NCBI GenBank assembly: GCA_028534125.1
Contig: CM052817.1
Coordinates: 104,162,001 to 104,226,000 of the forward strand
Length of the DNA: 64,000 nucleotides
Direction of reading: 5' to 3'
From: Lama glama
Taxonomy: Eukaryota
Shown in pieces: positions 39,710 through 52,680 of the stretch (the first letter of the stretch is position 1; the number at the start of each line of letters is the position of its first letter). Under the pieces are notes generated by a model. That model had not been told where the DNA came from. It saw only the letters and a list, made by a program, of their open reading frames with translations, and made no database searches. The translations under genes and the position numbers were made by a program.

Positions 39710-42457
39710 GTAAGAGGAGGTTTGACTTTGATACACTAGGACAGCCAAGCCCACCGCAGCCAGTGCTGTGCTCAGCGCCCCAGGAGTGGTCCAGGCTTCC
39801 GAGCAGCTGGGCTGCTGCTCTCAGTGAGTGATGGAGCATTGGAAGAGGGCCATTGGTAACTAACAGGAATATATTAGGTGTCACCTCTGTTGTCTGAATG
39901 AAGGAACCAAATCCATGAGGATACTGGCTGCCTGAAAGAGAAAAACTTCGGTCTCTTTTTTCTAAACCTCCTACAGAGTCACTTGGACTCTGCTGGTCCT
40001 TCCCTGGGGCTCGCCCCGCTGCCTTGGATGGCTGTGGCCGCGGCTCTTGTCCATTTTCAGACTGTGGGGCCGTCAAAGGCTGTTCATTTTGCACAATGCC
40101 CATTAAGCTAGAATGTTTGACAATAACTTTCTTAACAAAGTGACAGAGAAGCCGGAGCTGTGACAGCCGTGTCACTGAGCACATAACAGGAATTAGGGCA
40201 CACTGCACCGCCGCGTAAGGTCTATTGCTTCCATGGTCATCCTCAGTGATGCGTGTGGATGACTCTCGTTTGACGTCTGCGTTATTTGCATTTTTTCCTT
40301 CATGACAAAAGCATTATTTGAAACTTACATGGGCTGGAGAAATTGAATACTCAACTTATTACGTGTAGGCTTTATTTTGTAGGGAAATTTAGCAGCTGTA
40401 GTTCTAAGGGAAACTGCTTGAAAAATCAGATGCTGGGGACTTCTTTCAAAGCTTTTTAAGGAGGTGGAGCAAACTCAAGGGTATTGGGTGAAAATATGAG
40501 AAATGTTGCTGTGTTCCTCTAAAAGGGGTCTTGAGACAAAAACCGTCATCCTCTTGTTTCCTTGACATAATTACTGTCTAGTCCACAGGACTCATTAGCT
40601 TTGTAGAAGATGAACTTTCCCACCTCCAATTCTGAATGTTCATCTCTTTTGCTTTTCCCTCAAGAATAGGTGTTAGGGAGATGGGGGGCAGTGAAACAAA
40701 ACCCAAACCAACCAAACAAAGCCAAAGGGGGTGGAGCGTCAAGGAGAGCCTGAGAGGAAGAGAGTGATGGACTTGAAGCGCCTTCAAGTGAGACAAGACG
40801 GGTGTAGCCTCTTTGCACGTTGTTGGAGCTGATTTTGAAAATGTCACTGAAGAGCAGGGAGACTGATATGTCTGGAGTTGGCAGGAAATGTCAGGAGACA
40901 TGTCTGACTCAGGTACTGTGAGATGCACGTTTGCTTTGGTCCTCGCCCTGCCATAAGCACACGGGGCGTTTCTGGAGTTTCTGAGGATGAAACATGTCTG
41001 CAAGGTGAAGAAATTTATCAGCTTAGTATTAACTGGAAATATTCTCCACACTACGTCTCTTTCTCTTGACTTGGTGATATGACTGTTAGATCATCGAAGA
41101 GCTATCTCTCAAGTTTATTGGGGAGAGGAGTGGGGGATGCTGATCAATTCTGAAGATGGGTATGAAAATGCTAAAAGCAAGTTTTATGACAATTATACAT
41201 TACCTTTGGATGAATTTAAGATAGTTTTGAAGGAAACTTCATATTGAGTGGCAATTTTGTTGAATATCCAGAAAGATCAGAATCTGAGTGGCATTTGGAA
41301 TGAAAACACCGTTTCTGTTCCAGGTCCCACACCCCTTCTTTGGTGTTGTGTCTCTAACAGAAATCTCTTGCTGTTCATGTCTACTTGGCAATGAATCAGA
41401 GAAATCTGGGGTGGCTTATGTTACTTTTTAAATAGATCAAACTTGGCTTCATCCTTGTTAGAAATAAGGATGCAGTTATTCAACCTCAAATAAAAATAGC
41501 CAGAATCTTGATCTAGATATTGGTGTTAAGCCACATCTTCCAAAACCCTCACAAGGCTTTTGAGAAAAACGTCCATTTGGGAGCAGCCATGTTTCCCTCT
41601 GGGACAAGCACACTTTATTATGTCACAGTGTGAGTCAGTGAACATGCTTAGAGGAAAATCAGGTTAATTATGAGAAAGAGAACTCCCAGCTTACATATTA
41701 TTTTTAAAAAGAGGCATCACTCTGAGCATCAGAAAGGGAAGACCATTTCAGGTTCAAATACATCTTGGTTTCCTATAGGATGAAGTTGAAGTTTCTCTCT
41801 AAGAGTATGTTTGAAACATACTGTTAAATCTTACGGGCCATTGAAGTATTTGTTTTGATGGACTAAATAAATAATTTAGAGAAGTTGTGAATGACGTTTA
41901 AGGTGGATAAAGTAAACAGCACACACGCTGTGCATGGAAAGCAGGTATAATCTATTCAGGACAATGATTTCTGTAATTCCAAGTGCCGATTCTCTCTAAA
42001 GGAAGGTAAATCAGGGACATTTCCTGATTGTTGAACGAATGAGGCACATCCTCCTTTGAAGTTTCCTTAATATATTTTGCTTGTCTTAAAGTTATCCACG
42101 TAATATATGTGCACAAAGGGCAAATGATCTAATTTCAGAATTAAGACTTTGCTAATTTATATGTGAGTCAATTTAATTTGTTCTATTAGAAACTTAGACT
42201 CTCTCAAATACCCTAATCTATTAACTTTACACTTAGGTTTTATTTGTTTGTTTGTTTGAAGGCATATAAAGAAAAAAAGATGTGGAGACTATTTCTTAGC
42301 TATTATTACACTCCAGGAGATTTAAGCTATAAAAATAATTAGCAGATTAAGATTAAAAAAAAAACTCTAACACCGAGTTTTATAGCAAATATACATTTGA
42401 CATATTTTGTGTACCCTAACAGTATAATCATTTATCCTTTTAGTTGATCTTTAAAAA

Positions 42458-42665
42458 AATTTTTTATAGTCAGTTTACAATGTTGTATCAGTTTCTGGTG
42501 TACAGCATCATGTTTCAGTCATACATATGCATGCATATATTCGTTTTCATATACTTTTTTGTTATAGGTTGCTACAAGATATTTAATATAGTTTCTTGTG
42601 CTATATGGTAGAAACTTGTTTTTTGTCTATTTTATATATAGTAGTTAGTATTTAGTTAATCTTAA
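42458..42665 (-). mobile_element. Short lineage-specific L1 3' end
   Basis: tatagtcagtttacaatgttgtatcagtttctggtgtacagc, same family as 11938 and 61296. Confidence 0.9.
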
Positions 42666-44229
42666 ACCCTGGAAGTACAAAATGCAAAATACCATATTCC
42701 ATCCAGTTTGGATGTAGTTGGTATCAGTGCTCAGGGGAAGATCTTCCCAAAATATCAGCTCTGGACGTCCTCGGGCAGTTGAAGGACAGTGTGCCTCGGG
42801 CTGGCATCCCAGAGACAAGATTTTATCAGCAAAATCAGAGGTGATCAATTTCCTACAAAATGAATAGACTAATCAAAATTATAGGAGGTTTATGTACAAT
42901 GCAGTAGGTCAATTTATTAATTTATACATGGAGGGGATTTGTTTGTTTGTGATGGAATGCTTGACTGCAAGCTCCAGGAACGTTCTAGAAAGGAAACTGG
43001 TCATCAGATTTCCCTTCGTAGCATGGAAACGAGGAGGTAAATCAATTGGTTTGGGTGGGGTTCATCTCCGCCTGGGGAAAGCCAGGAAGTTGAGAAGGCC
43101 ATGGGAGAAGCTCTCCTCTGATGGGGCTCATAGCTCCAGACCTCTCCAGATCTTTCCCTCTCATGTTGAGTGCAGGGACTGACCAGTTTAGCGTCTTTAA
43201 ATCTCATTTGCATACCTTTCTAAGTGGGCCACTTTTCTCGTCATCCATTTTTTTTTCCTTCTTTTTGACATATGTTAACATCCCTTTTTAGGCTGCAATT
43301 AATTCACATCAGGGATTTGGAACTGTAGGACATCTGTGTCTTACAAGGGGAATCAAATTTGTAGACTTCAGGGGTAATTGAATTTCATACTCTGTAACTG
43401 GAAATTACAGATTGTGCAAATTCCACTGTTTAATTAACCTGGAACACACATTCCTTATAATGCTACGGAATTTATCAGGAAACGTGTCTAGAACCCATTG
43501 TACTTGGAACTTAGAGGGCAGCCGGGTGCCACGCCCAGTGTGCGATGGAGCCACCAGCTGTATTGAGCACTGCCCCACCCCCATCAGCACACCCCATTCC
43601 TCAGCTGAGGAGGGGCTGTGTTGGAAAAGTGCGAGATGGGGGACCCTTTCCTTCCAGCCTTTCTTCACTCTCAAACTGACCATCCATGGCAACCATGCTT
43701 TGGAAGAGTTTTGGAGGGAAGAAACCAAAAAGAAGTAAACTTTTGTTTATATGTACATTTTCCTTTACTGCTTTCACAATTCTATGATATCTCTCTATTT
43801 CAATTTCCTTATCTTTTTTCAGAAAGAATGCTGAACTTTCCTTCCTTTTTCCAAGGATATCCCTTCCAAATCTCCTACTTGTGTTCCCAATGACAGTCCG
43901 AGGGGCCAGCTTTCCTTACTCAGAGTAGCTACTGATCTCTTACTTGGCAATCCCTTCATGAACTTAAAAAAAAATATGGCTTTTTCAATACTCTTCATTT
44001 GAAATAGCAAATATAGATTTATCAATTTATTTTTAGTAGAAAGTAATAAAGGTTAAGTAACATATTTAATCTCAGGACCAGAGCCTAATTTGAGATTAGC
44101 CAATCTAATTTCAAATTTGATGTTTCTTTACCATTAAGGGACCACCACCTTTTCCCATTCCTTAATCAAAATTTGTGGCTCAGAAGATTCCAGAATCAGA
44201 AAGTCCCTTTAAAGTGTTTAATTGCACCA

Positions 44230-44340
44230 TCAAAACACACAGAGAATGAGTAACTTACCCATGTCATACGACTAGTTAGTGGTAAATTTGGGACAAAAAC
44301 ACAGGCCTTCTGATTGCCAGTCTAGCATTCTTTCTGTTAT
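44230..44340 (-). mobile_element. MIR fragment
   Basis: gagtaacttacccatgtcatacgactagttagtggtaaatttgggacaaaaacacaggccttctgattgccagtctag. Confidence 0.65.
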
Positions 44341-44829
44341 TGCTGCATTTAGTGATTTTTTTTTTCAAGGCACAAAATTGCAATCCTCAAACTTAAAGCA
44401 GTTCATAGAACCCCCAAAGCTGCTAATCACTGAGTGGAGGAGTTTGGGTTAGAGTTAGCTGCTCATGACTCATAGGTTAGATGGCATATAAAAATAGCTC
44501 TAATTTACAGAATGTAACTGGAATGAATTTTATTAAAATTTAGGAAATAATGGAAAAATAAATAATAATGCTCAAAATAGTTTGGTAGGGAGGATACTGG
44601 GCTGGAATTCAGCGTACCTGAAATGCAGCCCTGGCTTCACCAAAGTCTTTTAACCTTGAATAGCTCACCGCCCCCTGACCCCAGCTTGTACCCTAGAAAA
44701 AAAAGCACATTTACTGGTAAATGTAGAAAAAAAAGTTTACTAGATCTCACTTTTAAAGTAAGAACATTTTATTTTCTTCTGTGACTCCTTTCACATAATC
44801 ACGTGGTCATGCTTCACTCTGGGCACCCA

Positions 44830-45470
44830 GAGACCATGGGGGTCCCCAAGGGCATGTCTGGCTCAGGCAGGGTAGGACTCACCTTCAGTGGACACCTGCT
44901 GGTTCCACAGCCCGTCATTCATTCTTCTTCTGGTAACAGATGCTCAGTGGACCAGCCCTGCTCCTGCTCAGCCACATGATTCAGGATGGCCTCGATGGCC
45001 TTAAAACAATCAGTATATCATAATACTCTGTCCAGGAATGGGTTCAGGACTGGAAACATAGCTCTATCAGAATCAGTAACACATACGGAGCCTTTCATAA
45101 ACTTCCTGGAGAAGAGAAGCCTTATTGTTCTGGAAAAACTCTGGAATAGACTAGCTCTCTTCTCCTGGATGGTTTGTGTAAAGGTGTGAGGTCTGTACAG
45201 GGTATTCTGAGTGGAAAGGTTGGCTCTTCAAGGGGACCAGAGATGCTGCAGTTGTCGAAGGTGCCCTGGAAACAGGCAGGACCGAGAGAGAGAAAGAAAA
45301 CAGCTTCTGTGAGATGCTGGTTGAACGACTGAGCCAATCCTTGCTTGAGACCAACTGTTGTTCAAACCAAACAACCTTCCAATGAAGTGATTCCATATAC
45401 GCTCTTTATCACTTAAGCCATTTTTTGGTTTGGAAGTTACATCACTTACAGTACAGCAGAGCCCTAGGTG
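44830..45470 (+). mobile_element. Old MaLR LTR (MLT1K/L-like)
   Basis: cttcttctggtaacag...tgggttcagg...cacttaagccattttttggtttgg...tcacttacag; accounts for the short ORFs here. Confidence 0.6.
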
Positions 45471-47399
45471 ACTCTTTGCCAAAGTGTAGTTACAGCTGTT
45501 TCCTGCACTGTTACCTGTGCAGCAGCTGACTTCTGAGATCGGAAAGAGCTGGGATCCAGGCACAGCCGTCACAGACACTGACTTGTGAAAAACCACTGTG
45601 CATTTACCCACAATGCTCTGTACGCACCAAGTGAAATGCATTTTTAGCAGGTGTGAGTCTGACACGACAGGGAGCATGCCAGGGGTAGAAAGGCTAATTC
45701 TCTTTTCATTTCTCCAGAAGAGCACTTTCCAATGACTCCCCAGAGTCTAAGTTGAATATTAGATTCCCAAGTGCTTGGAGTGAATTCCACGGAGTGTGCT
45801 GATAGTACTGGAATAGTTCTCTATAATGAAAACTAGGAAATTTCCATATCCTTATTTGCTTTCAGCAATAAAATTAGCATAACTCACACTAATTTTTCTA
45901 GTTTAAAACAGACGTCGTGGGGAATTGCATTAATAAGGAAGACCGAATAACGCATTTTATTGACTATTAAATGAAAATAATTTGTAATTCCTGACACACC
46001 CTGGTCAGTGTTTTTTAAAAATAATGGGCTCAGTTAGGGAGGTTGATTGTTAAAACCCATCCCAGGTGTTGGTTTTTAACATTATGATGAATTCATGGCC
46101 GATTTAATGAGACTCCACGCGATCATTGTTTTTGAAAGATGGTGGAACAAAAATCCTGATGCAGGAGTGTCTAGGTTTATGGGAGGAGCAGGTGTAGGTA
46201 CAGATGTTTTATTAATCAGAATTTTTAGACCTTGCTGATTACCCAACATTTAACTCAGTTCTTTGCAGCACAAAGGGAGCAGTGCCGATGCCAAGGTGGA
46301 TTTAGAATCCCTCACTTTGAGGTCCCGCTGAAGGGTGAGCCTGGCGGCGTGAGCATCCCTTTCCCCAGCTCATTCCGACCACATCACCCAGAGCTGCTCG
46401 CAGCGGCCTGCATAGCCTCCAGGCGGGGATGAGAAATGACATATATTCGATACTCATTCTCTCCTCTGTCTCTGCAGCCCTGTTAAATAATTGAAATAGG
46501 CGTGACACGAGGGTAGCAGTGGTGATGAGACTTGGCTCTTAAAGGAATGGAAGGAGGAGGAAGCAAAGGCCAGTGCGCTCCTGGGTGCGGGGTTTCCTGA
46601 CTTGTCAGGTCCACGACCTCACTCATCCCATGGTGCAATTCCGGACGAGCCAGGCAAAGAGGGCAGTCGCAGAGGGTCCTCTTCCCCCAACCACTGCCAA
46701 AGATTACACGCTCTCTGATGCAGAGGAGTGCTGTGGATTCTTTAGGATTTGTGCTTTTGATATCAACATCAAAAAGAGAGTTTCTCAGGAAAAATTCTGG
46801 CACCAGGCAACTGGTGAACACGCAGAGCTGCAGGGCACAGGAAAGCTCATGTGTGAGATGCAGAGTGAATAAAGGTTGGTTGAGGGAGGCACCGGCTCCG
46901 TTTCCCCAAATGGTCCTATTTTTTCACAGATAGTAAACCTGAACACGTTTACTCCTAAAAAAAATTCCATACTGGGGCGTCGGGCTGTGAATACTTAGTG
47001 GCTGGAAGTGTGTCTGTTTAAGTTGTGCAGACCTAGATCCGTAACAGTTTTACTTTCCAATTTTGACTCAGAATTAAAGTTACACAAAATATGAAAGTGA
47101 TGTGTTATTGTAAAAGTTACAAAACTTTAAAAATTCAAATTCCAGCAATATGACTTGTTTCGATTTAAAACAATTTTCTCCATGATCATTTACTATGAAG
47201 CGACCTGATAGTACACTCAGTTTTTGGAAGAAGTGAGTTCTGCTTCCCATTAGCCAATTGTGCAGGAAAGGACTTGCCTTTGACTGTCAGTGTTACCGTC
47301 TCATTCAGACATTCTGTTTGGTGTCCAGTGAGAGTATAATAGAAACTTTGTGCTTCAGAATTAGAAGGAATCTCTTGCATGTTACATGACCGTCTATGT

Positions 47400-47600
47400 G
47401 GAGAGGCACGGAGCCAGGGAGTTAAAAGCATGTGTTTGGAAGGAGATAAACGGTTCAGATCTGAGCTTTGCCACTTCTTAGTTGTGGGACCTCGGCAAGA
47501 TTACTTGATATCTCTGTGCCTCAGTTTCCTCATGTGTAAAATAGTGACAAATGGGAGAAGTACCTCATAAAGTTTGGAGAATTAAAACGAATTAATGTTT
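47400..47600 (+). mobile_element. MIR SINE
   Basis: ctttgccacttctagttgtgggacctcggcaagattacttgatatctctgtgcctcagtttcctcatgtgtaaaatag core. Confidence 0.9.
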
Positions 47601-48811
47601 CTCAACTGCGAGGAAGATTTATTGGGATGAATAAACATCATTAGTAATTGATAAATGAAAGTGGAAGAGGAATCAAATCCCTATGCTTTTCATCAACCTA
47701 TTTTATTATTTTTAGTGAATAAGACTCATTGGTTAATCCCTTCCATTAATGATGAAGCAATGATGAAATAGTAAAGGTTGCGTGGAGTCATAGATCAAGC
47801 CTTTGTAATAATGATGATGATAAAAATAATGAAGACAAAAAACAACTCATTGCTGTTTGAAGTTTGCTGGCACTCTGCCTTAGATGAGTGAACCCTCACC
47901 TCACGGTTTTTCTTGACTGTCTGAATGTCAGTCTTAAGGCTGCTGAACCAAGAATTTTCTAGAGTCAAGAATCTGTAGAAGAGTCCATGGTATCTTTCAC
48001 TGCTGCTCTCGGCACATATTGCCAAGTGTTCTCAACATTTCTTGGGCTTTTAAATTAGAATATTATACATATCTATTATTTTGAGAATTCTTCTTACTTT
48101 TCTTCTTCTTTATGGGGGTAACGCTCTCAGTTTCCTTTTGTTTTACCAACTCTAGTTATTATGCAGACTAGGACATAATGTGAAAAACTAAAATGACCAT
48201 TGCTACTGTTATAGGAAAATGTTGAATTTACACACATAGGATTTTCTTGTGAATATCTGAGCACTTAGGGCAGTGGTCATTTTTTTTTTCATTTTTCTGA
48301 ATCAAAATAACACTCTTAACAAAATCATGTTGTGCCAAAGAGCTTTTAAATGGCCTTCAGCTGCACCATGAAGACTTTACTGTAACTGCTGAACCCACAG
48401 CAGCATTTATGTGGGGTGTTGGCCTGGTTCAATTCCACATGAAGTGGTCTGTGAAAAGTTTTTTTTTTTTTTCCTTTTGCTACTCTTTGAGACATCAGTG
48501 CTTGCAACATCAATGAAATGACTGAGGGAGTAGAAATGCCTTATGAAAAGCCACTACCCTGACTTTGAATTGGGATAACAGAATATGAAATCCCTGGCAG
48601 TTAGCTGATTTACAGGGACTGGCTATCACACAGGTGGTATTTAACAGGTGTCGGTTACTCTGCCTTTGTACGATGTCAGCAAGGGAGGGGACCACTTTCC
48701 TCCAGGTGCCTCAAGTTGGCGAAATTCTAGGCTTCAAAGTTCTGAATGTGGATGGACAAGTATCAACTATTGACCATGTTTTCCTCTCTCCCTGAATTTA
48801 TCATATGTGAC

Positions 48812-48814
48812 ACA

Positions 48815-48844
<30 letters not shown>
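48812..48844. repeat. (CATA)n microsatellite
   Basis: Directly visible. Confidence 0.95.
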
Positions 48845-48847
<3 letters not shown>

Positions 48848-49097
48848 TTCTGGTAATTAGCATTAACAGAGAATCTTTCTTCTCTACTTGCTAAATGAAT
48901 GTGCTATAAAAGTAAAGACAGCTTTTCTCTAATCTTGACATTAATATAAATGTATATAGTATGTATTTAATGTATATATAATCATCATCTTTATTATAAT
49001 AGCTAATAATTATTGGACACTTATACACCATAATTATTGTCCAATAGGAATTGTTTTATGTGCTTTGCATGGTAAAGCCCAACTTCTTTAGCAGATC

Positions 49098-50968
49098 ATA
49101 TTCCAGTTGCTATTTCTATGTAAAGAAGTGCCCCAAAACTTAATGGGTTAAATGAATCCTGTGGGTCAGGTATCTGACCGGCGCACAGTGAGATTCGTCG
49201 CTGGGTGTGGCTGTGACTCAGAGGTGACTCAAATGCTGGGAGCTGGGATTGTCTGAAAGGTCATCCACCCAGATGCTGGGCACCTGACTTGGGAGGATTA
49301 GAAGAGTAGGACCACCAACTGAACTGCCTCCACGTGGCCTCTTTGAGTGTCTTTGCATCCTTACGGTGTGGTACTTCACGGTAGTCAGACTTCTTACACA
49401 CAGACACAAATTCTGAGTGTGAATTTCCCAACAAACAAATCAGATGCTGCCCTGCTGTTCATGACCAGCATCTAATACTCAGGCAGACTGTATTAGGCAG
49501 AATCTATCAAAGCAGTTGCTCACAGTCCTATCCAGCTGCAAAGGCAGTGTATCGAGACCCCACCTTTTGATGGAAATAGTGTCAAATAATCTGGGGCTCC
49601 TGTTTTTAAAGCCACCGCAGCTCACTTGGGGCCACCAATCCTCACACACCTTCCTTTGCACTCCAGGGTGCAAACTACACTTAGTCCTTTCCCCAAGTCC
49701 TCTGAGGTCCCACCCCATTTCTTCAGCAACTAACAAGTACAGGATCTCGTCACCTAAACTTTCTGGTTGTAAGTGAGACTTCCTAGGTGCAGTTCTGGGA
49801 CAGTTGTTCTCAATCTGATGAGCTCTGAAAGAAAGAGACACGTTGTTGGTCCACTGCACACTTAACATGCAGCGGTCGAGTCATCTCCACACACACTCAC
49901 ATTCAAACGGAGGAATAAGAGGCACATAGCAGCCCCCGGTCCATAGCAGTTCTGAAATCAGCTGGGCACCTGCTGCGAATTCTTTGACCAGGTTTTCTTC
50001 TGACTTCCCCGAAGCAGTTTTCTGAGGCTCTTGGTTCTGCTCTCTAGGGCTTGGCTGTTCCCCTTTCGTTAGCCTTTCTTTTCCATGTCATCTGCCCTTC
50101 CAGTGAGAAGCCCTCTCAGGCTTGCTTCCTGCTCACAAAAGGTGGTGGGTCCCAGGCCTCTTCATTTCGGACTGTCTCTGTCCTTTTTAGTCAAGGTGGA
50201 CCTGGACCAATTTCCCTGAACATGTTGTAGGTCTCCCGTGTTGTGATTTATAATCCACTTAATCAGACAGAAGTCATACCCACAGTTTTCTTCAAGATAA
50301 ACTCAACTACACTGGCCTCCTATGAAGTGTCTGGAGACAAGGATCTTAATATTCTCAGAATCCCCGCTGCTCCGCAGAGGGGACTTGCCGGAGGAGCTCT
50401 TCAGATCCTGAGAAGGCTTGTTTCCTCTTTGAAAGAGTTTGTGAGGCACCACTTCTAACCCTTCCAGGCTCTTCCCAAAGAGCTTTTATAGCCTGTCCCT
50501 TGATGTCCTCTTAACCCAGCAACATTCACCCGAGGAAGCAGGGTTTGGTATCTGCCCTGGGGCATTTTCCTGACTTGAGACTCTTCTACTGGGAGGGACT
50601 AGGGGTGGAAAAAATAGTTTTATTTCTAAACAAAAGGAGCAAGGCCTGGCTCCCTTAATGTTTCATCTGAATTTTCCTGAGAAACCATAGTTCTCTTTCC
50701 GTCTGTCTCTACCTTTGGATCACATTACATACAGCCTGTAAATACCGTTAGCTGTTTTCTCATCACAAGTGACAATATTGCCAAACTTTCTGCCACTGAC
50801 AAGGGTCACCCTTTTATTTTCAACCTCCAAAAAAAAAAATTTCTTCCTCAATTTCCCGTCCATGATCATCTCCCTGAGGTCCTTCCACCTCATTACCAGC
50901 CTCTTCATGGACCGTATTAGTCAGGGCTCTTCAGAAAACCAATACATGATCAAATTTTCTGTTCCAGA
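49098..50968 (-). mobile_element. MaLR element: MLT1-type LTR (~49098-49620) plus MLT1 internal region
   Basis: attccagttgctatttctatgtaaagaagtgccccaaaacttaatgg LTR end; internal part ends catgatcaaattttctgttccag at an LTR junction; ORF 50720-50908 resembles decayed MaLR internal coding sequence. Confidence 0.7.
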
Positions 50969-52499
50969 GCCTGCCTTTACACTTGATAAATTTGTACAGC
51001 TTCTAAGATAGTGCCTGAAGAGGTTAAATGCAGATTTTTTGCTTGCCACACTGATTCTTTGGAAAGGATATGACAATCTGTTTTAATACCACATTTATAT
51101 ATAGAAATCATCTCCGACATTGCTAGATTGGTTAATTTCAGCTGCTAAATTAACTTTACAACCATAACAATGATTCTGCTAGTGACTAATTTTTATTCTT
51201 CTAAATCAAGCCCTTTAGATCTCCATACGTAGTTGCGCTCTTGAAACACATTTAAGACTCCTTTCTTGACTACAGACATATGTTGCAAGATGAATAAATC
51301 AAATACTTAAAAGTAGAGTGTACTTTAAATTTTTAAAACTTGCACAGTATCAAATGCAAAGTGCAAAATCCTTTTGACAGGGCTCATTCCCTTGGCTAAT
51401 TCATATTTCCCCCTTTTTATAATATTCTGAATGAAAATACAAAAGGTATACTTACTTCTTAAATATGTAACTATATTTGGAAGGCTTGATCACGTCAGAC
51501 AGTCTCTCATGAGACTGAGTCATCTCACCTGGCCCCTAGACCTTTAAATAAAACAGCCCTCCAGTGCACCTTTTCATGGAGAGTGTATTTTTTCAAATGT
51601 AATTGGGCGAAGACTGTTTTCAGTCTCCCCTTGCCCCGTGCTCTCCATCAATTCTAGCGAAGGGACCATCCCTCCACTGGATTTGGTTCTGCGGAACCGT
51701 CGCTAACAGGGACAACCTGGCCGGCAAATCTAACATGAGAAGCTGGAACTAGTCTACCTGCCACACACGACAGTGACGTCACATGTAATAGCACTGTTGC
51801 CCCCCAGGTTTTCTGTACCCGTGAGCTTTTCTTCAGTTCTGGGTCCATGAAGCTCATGTCTGCCTGAGGGACTGGATTTACTGATCCTGTTTACCTGTCA
51901 TGTTTTCCCTTTCTGTGCCTGGCTCTGTCCACCTGTCTGGACCCGTCTTAGTATTGCAGCTCCCGCCCTGCCCCACTTTCTGTCCCAATAATATTATTGG
52001 CTATAACGCCACGATCTAGACTGTAGATCCCAATCTGAAATTATCCACCCTGTCTACACCTACTTGGAAATAAGATACAGACGGGAGAAGTGCCCCATCC
52101 TTGGTTACAGCCACGGTGCCAGGAGCAGGGCTGGTGTCTTGCAGCCAACAGTAAATATTTGTGGGAGGGAGAAATTATATTTAGAACTCCTGAGATGGTC
52201 TCCCTCTAGTCTGTCCTGTTCAGAACTTGCCAGTGGTGTTGTGTTTAGTTCCAACTGCTGTATTTTAAGAGCACTGTTTGACAAACTAAAGCCTTCCAAG
52301 AAATGGACAACCCAGGTAAGTGAAGAGGCTCGAAATGATTTTTCTACAAGTGAGCTGTTTTAGATACATATGTAGCTATGTCTTAGAGGATAAATATTAC
52401 GCATGAAAGTCACATTTTCCTCCAAGTATTCGGAGAGTTGAGCTAGGGGAGGGATTAAATACGTTCTATGTAGCTTTGGCGTGTGTAACCTGGAATTTA

Positions 52500-52680
52500 A
52501 AGGACACTGAATATGAGTCTGATGAGAACTTAGATTGAAAGTAACCAGACTCCTCTTTTTCTGATTAAAAAAATAAACCCCAGAGAGTTTGTATCAAAAT
52601 ATGCCCAAGATGTCACTGATTCTGAGACGCAGACATCAGACTAGGATCCAGCCTTCCTGACTCTCACTTAGTGTTCTCTA
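52500..52680 (-). mobile_element. MIR fragment
   Basis: gcccaagatgtcac...gactaggatccagccttcctgactctcacttagtgttctctac. Confidence 0.5.

Noticed and set aside
39465..40208. Longest ORF (247 aa, minus strand) antisense to the MARCHF1 exon
   Set aside because: Non-ATG start and no recognisable homology; explained by locally higher GC around the real plus-strand exon.
44986..45725. Cluster of overlapping ORFs up to 165 aa
   Set aside because: Largely overlap an old MLT1-type LTR; no recognisable protein or exon structure.
51773..51782. Perfect CRE palindrome GTGACGTCAC and scattered AP-1 TGASTCA sites
   Set aside because: Single short motifs are expected by chance in 64 kb; no independent support.
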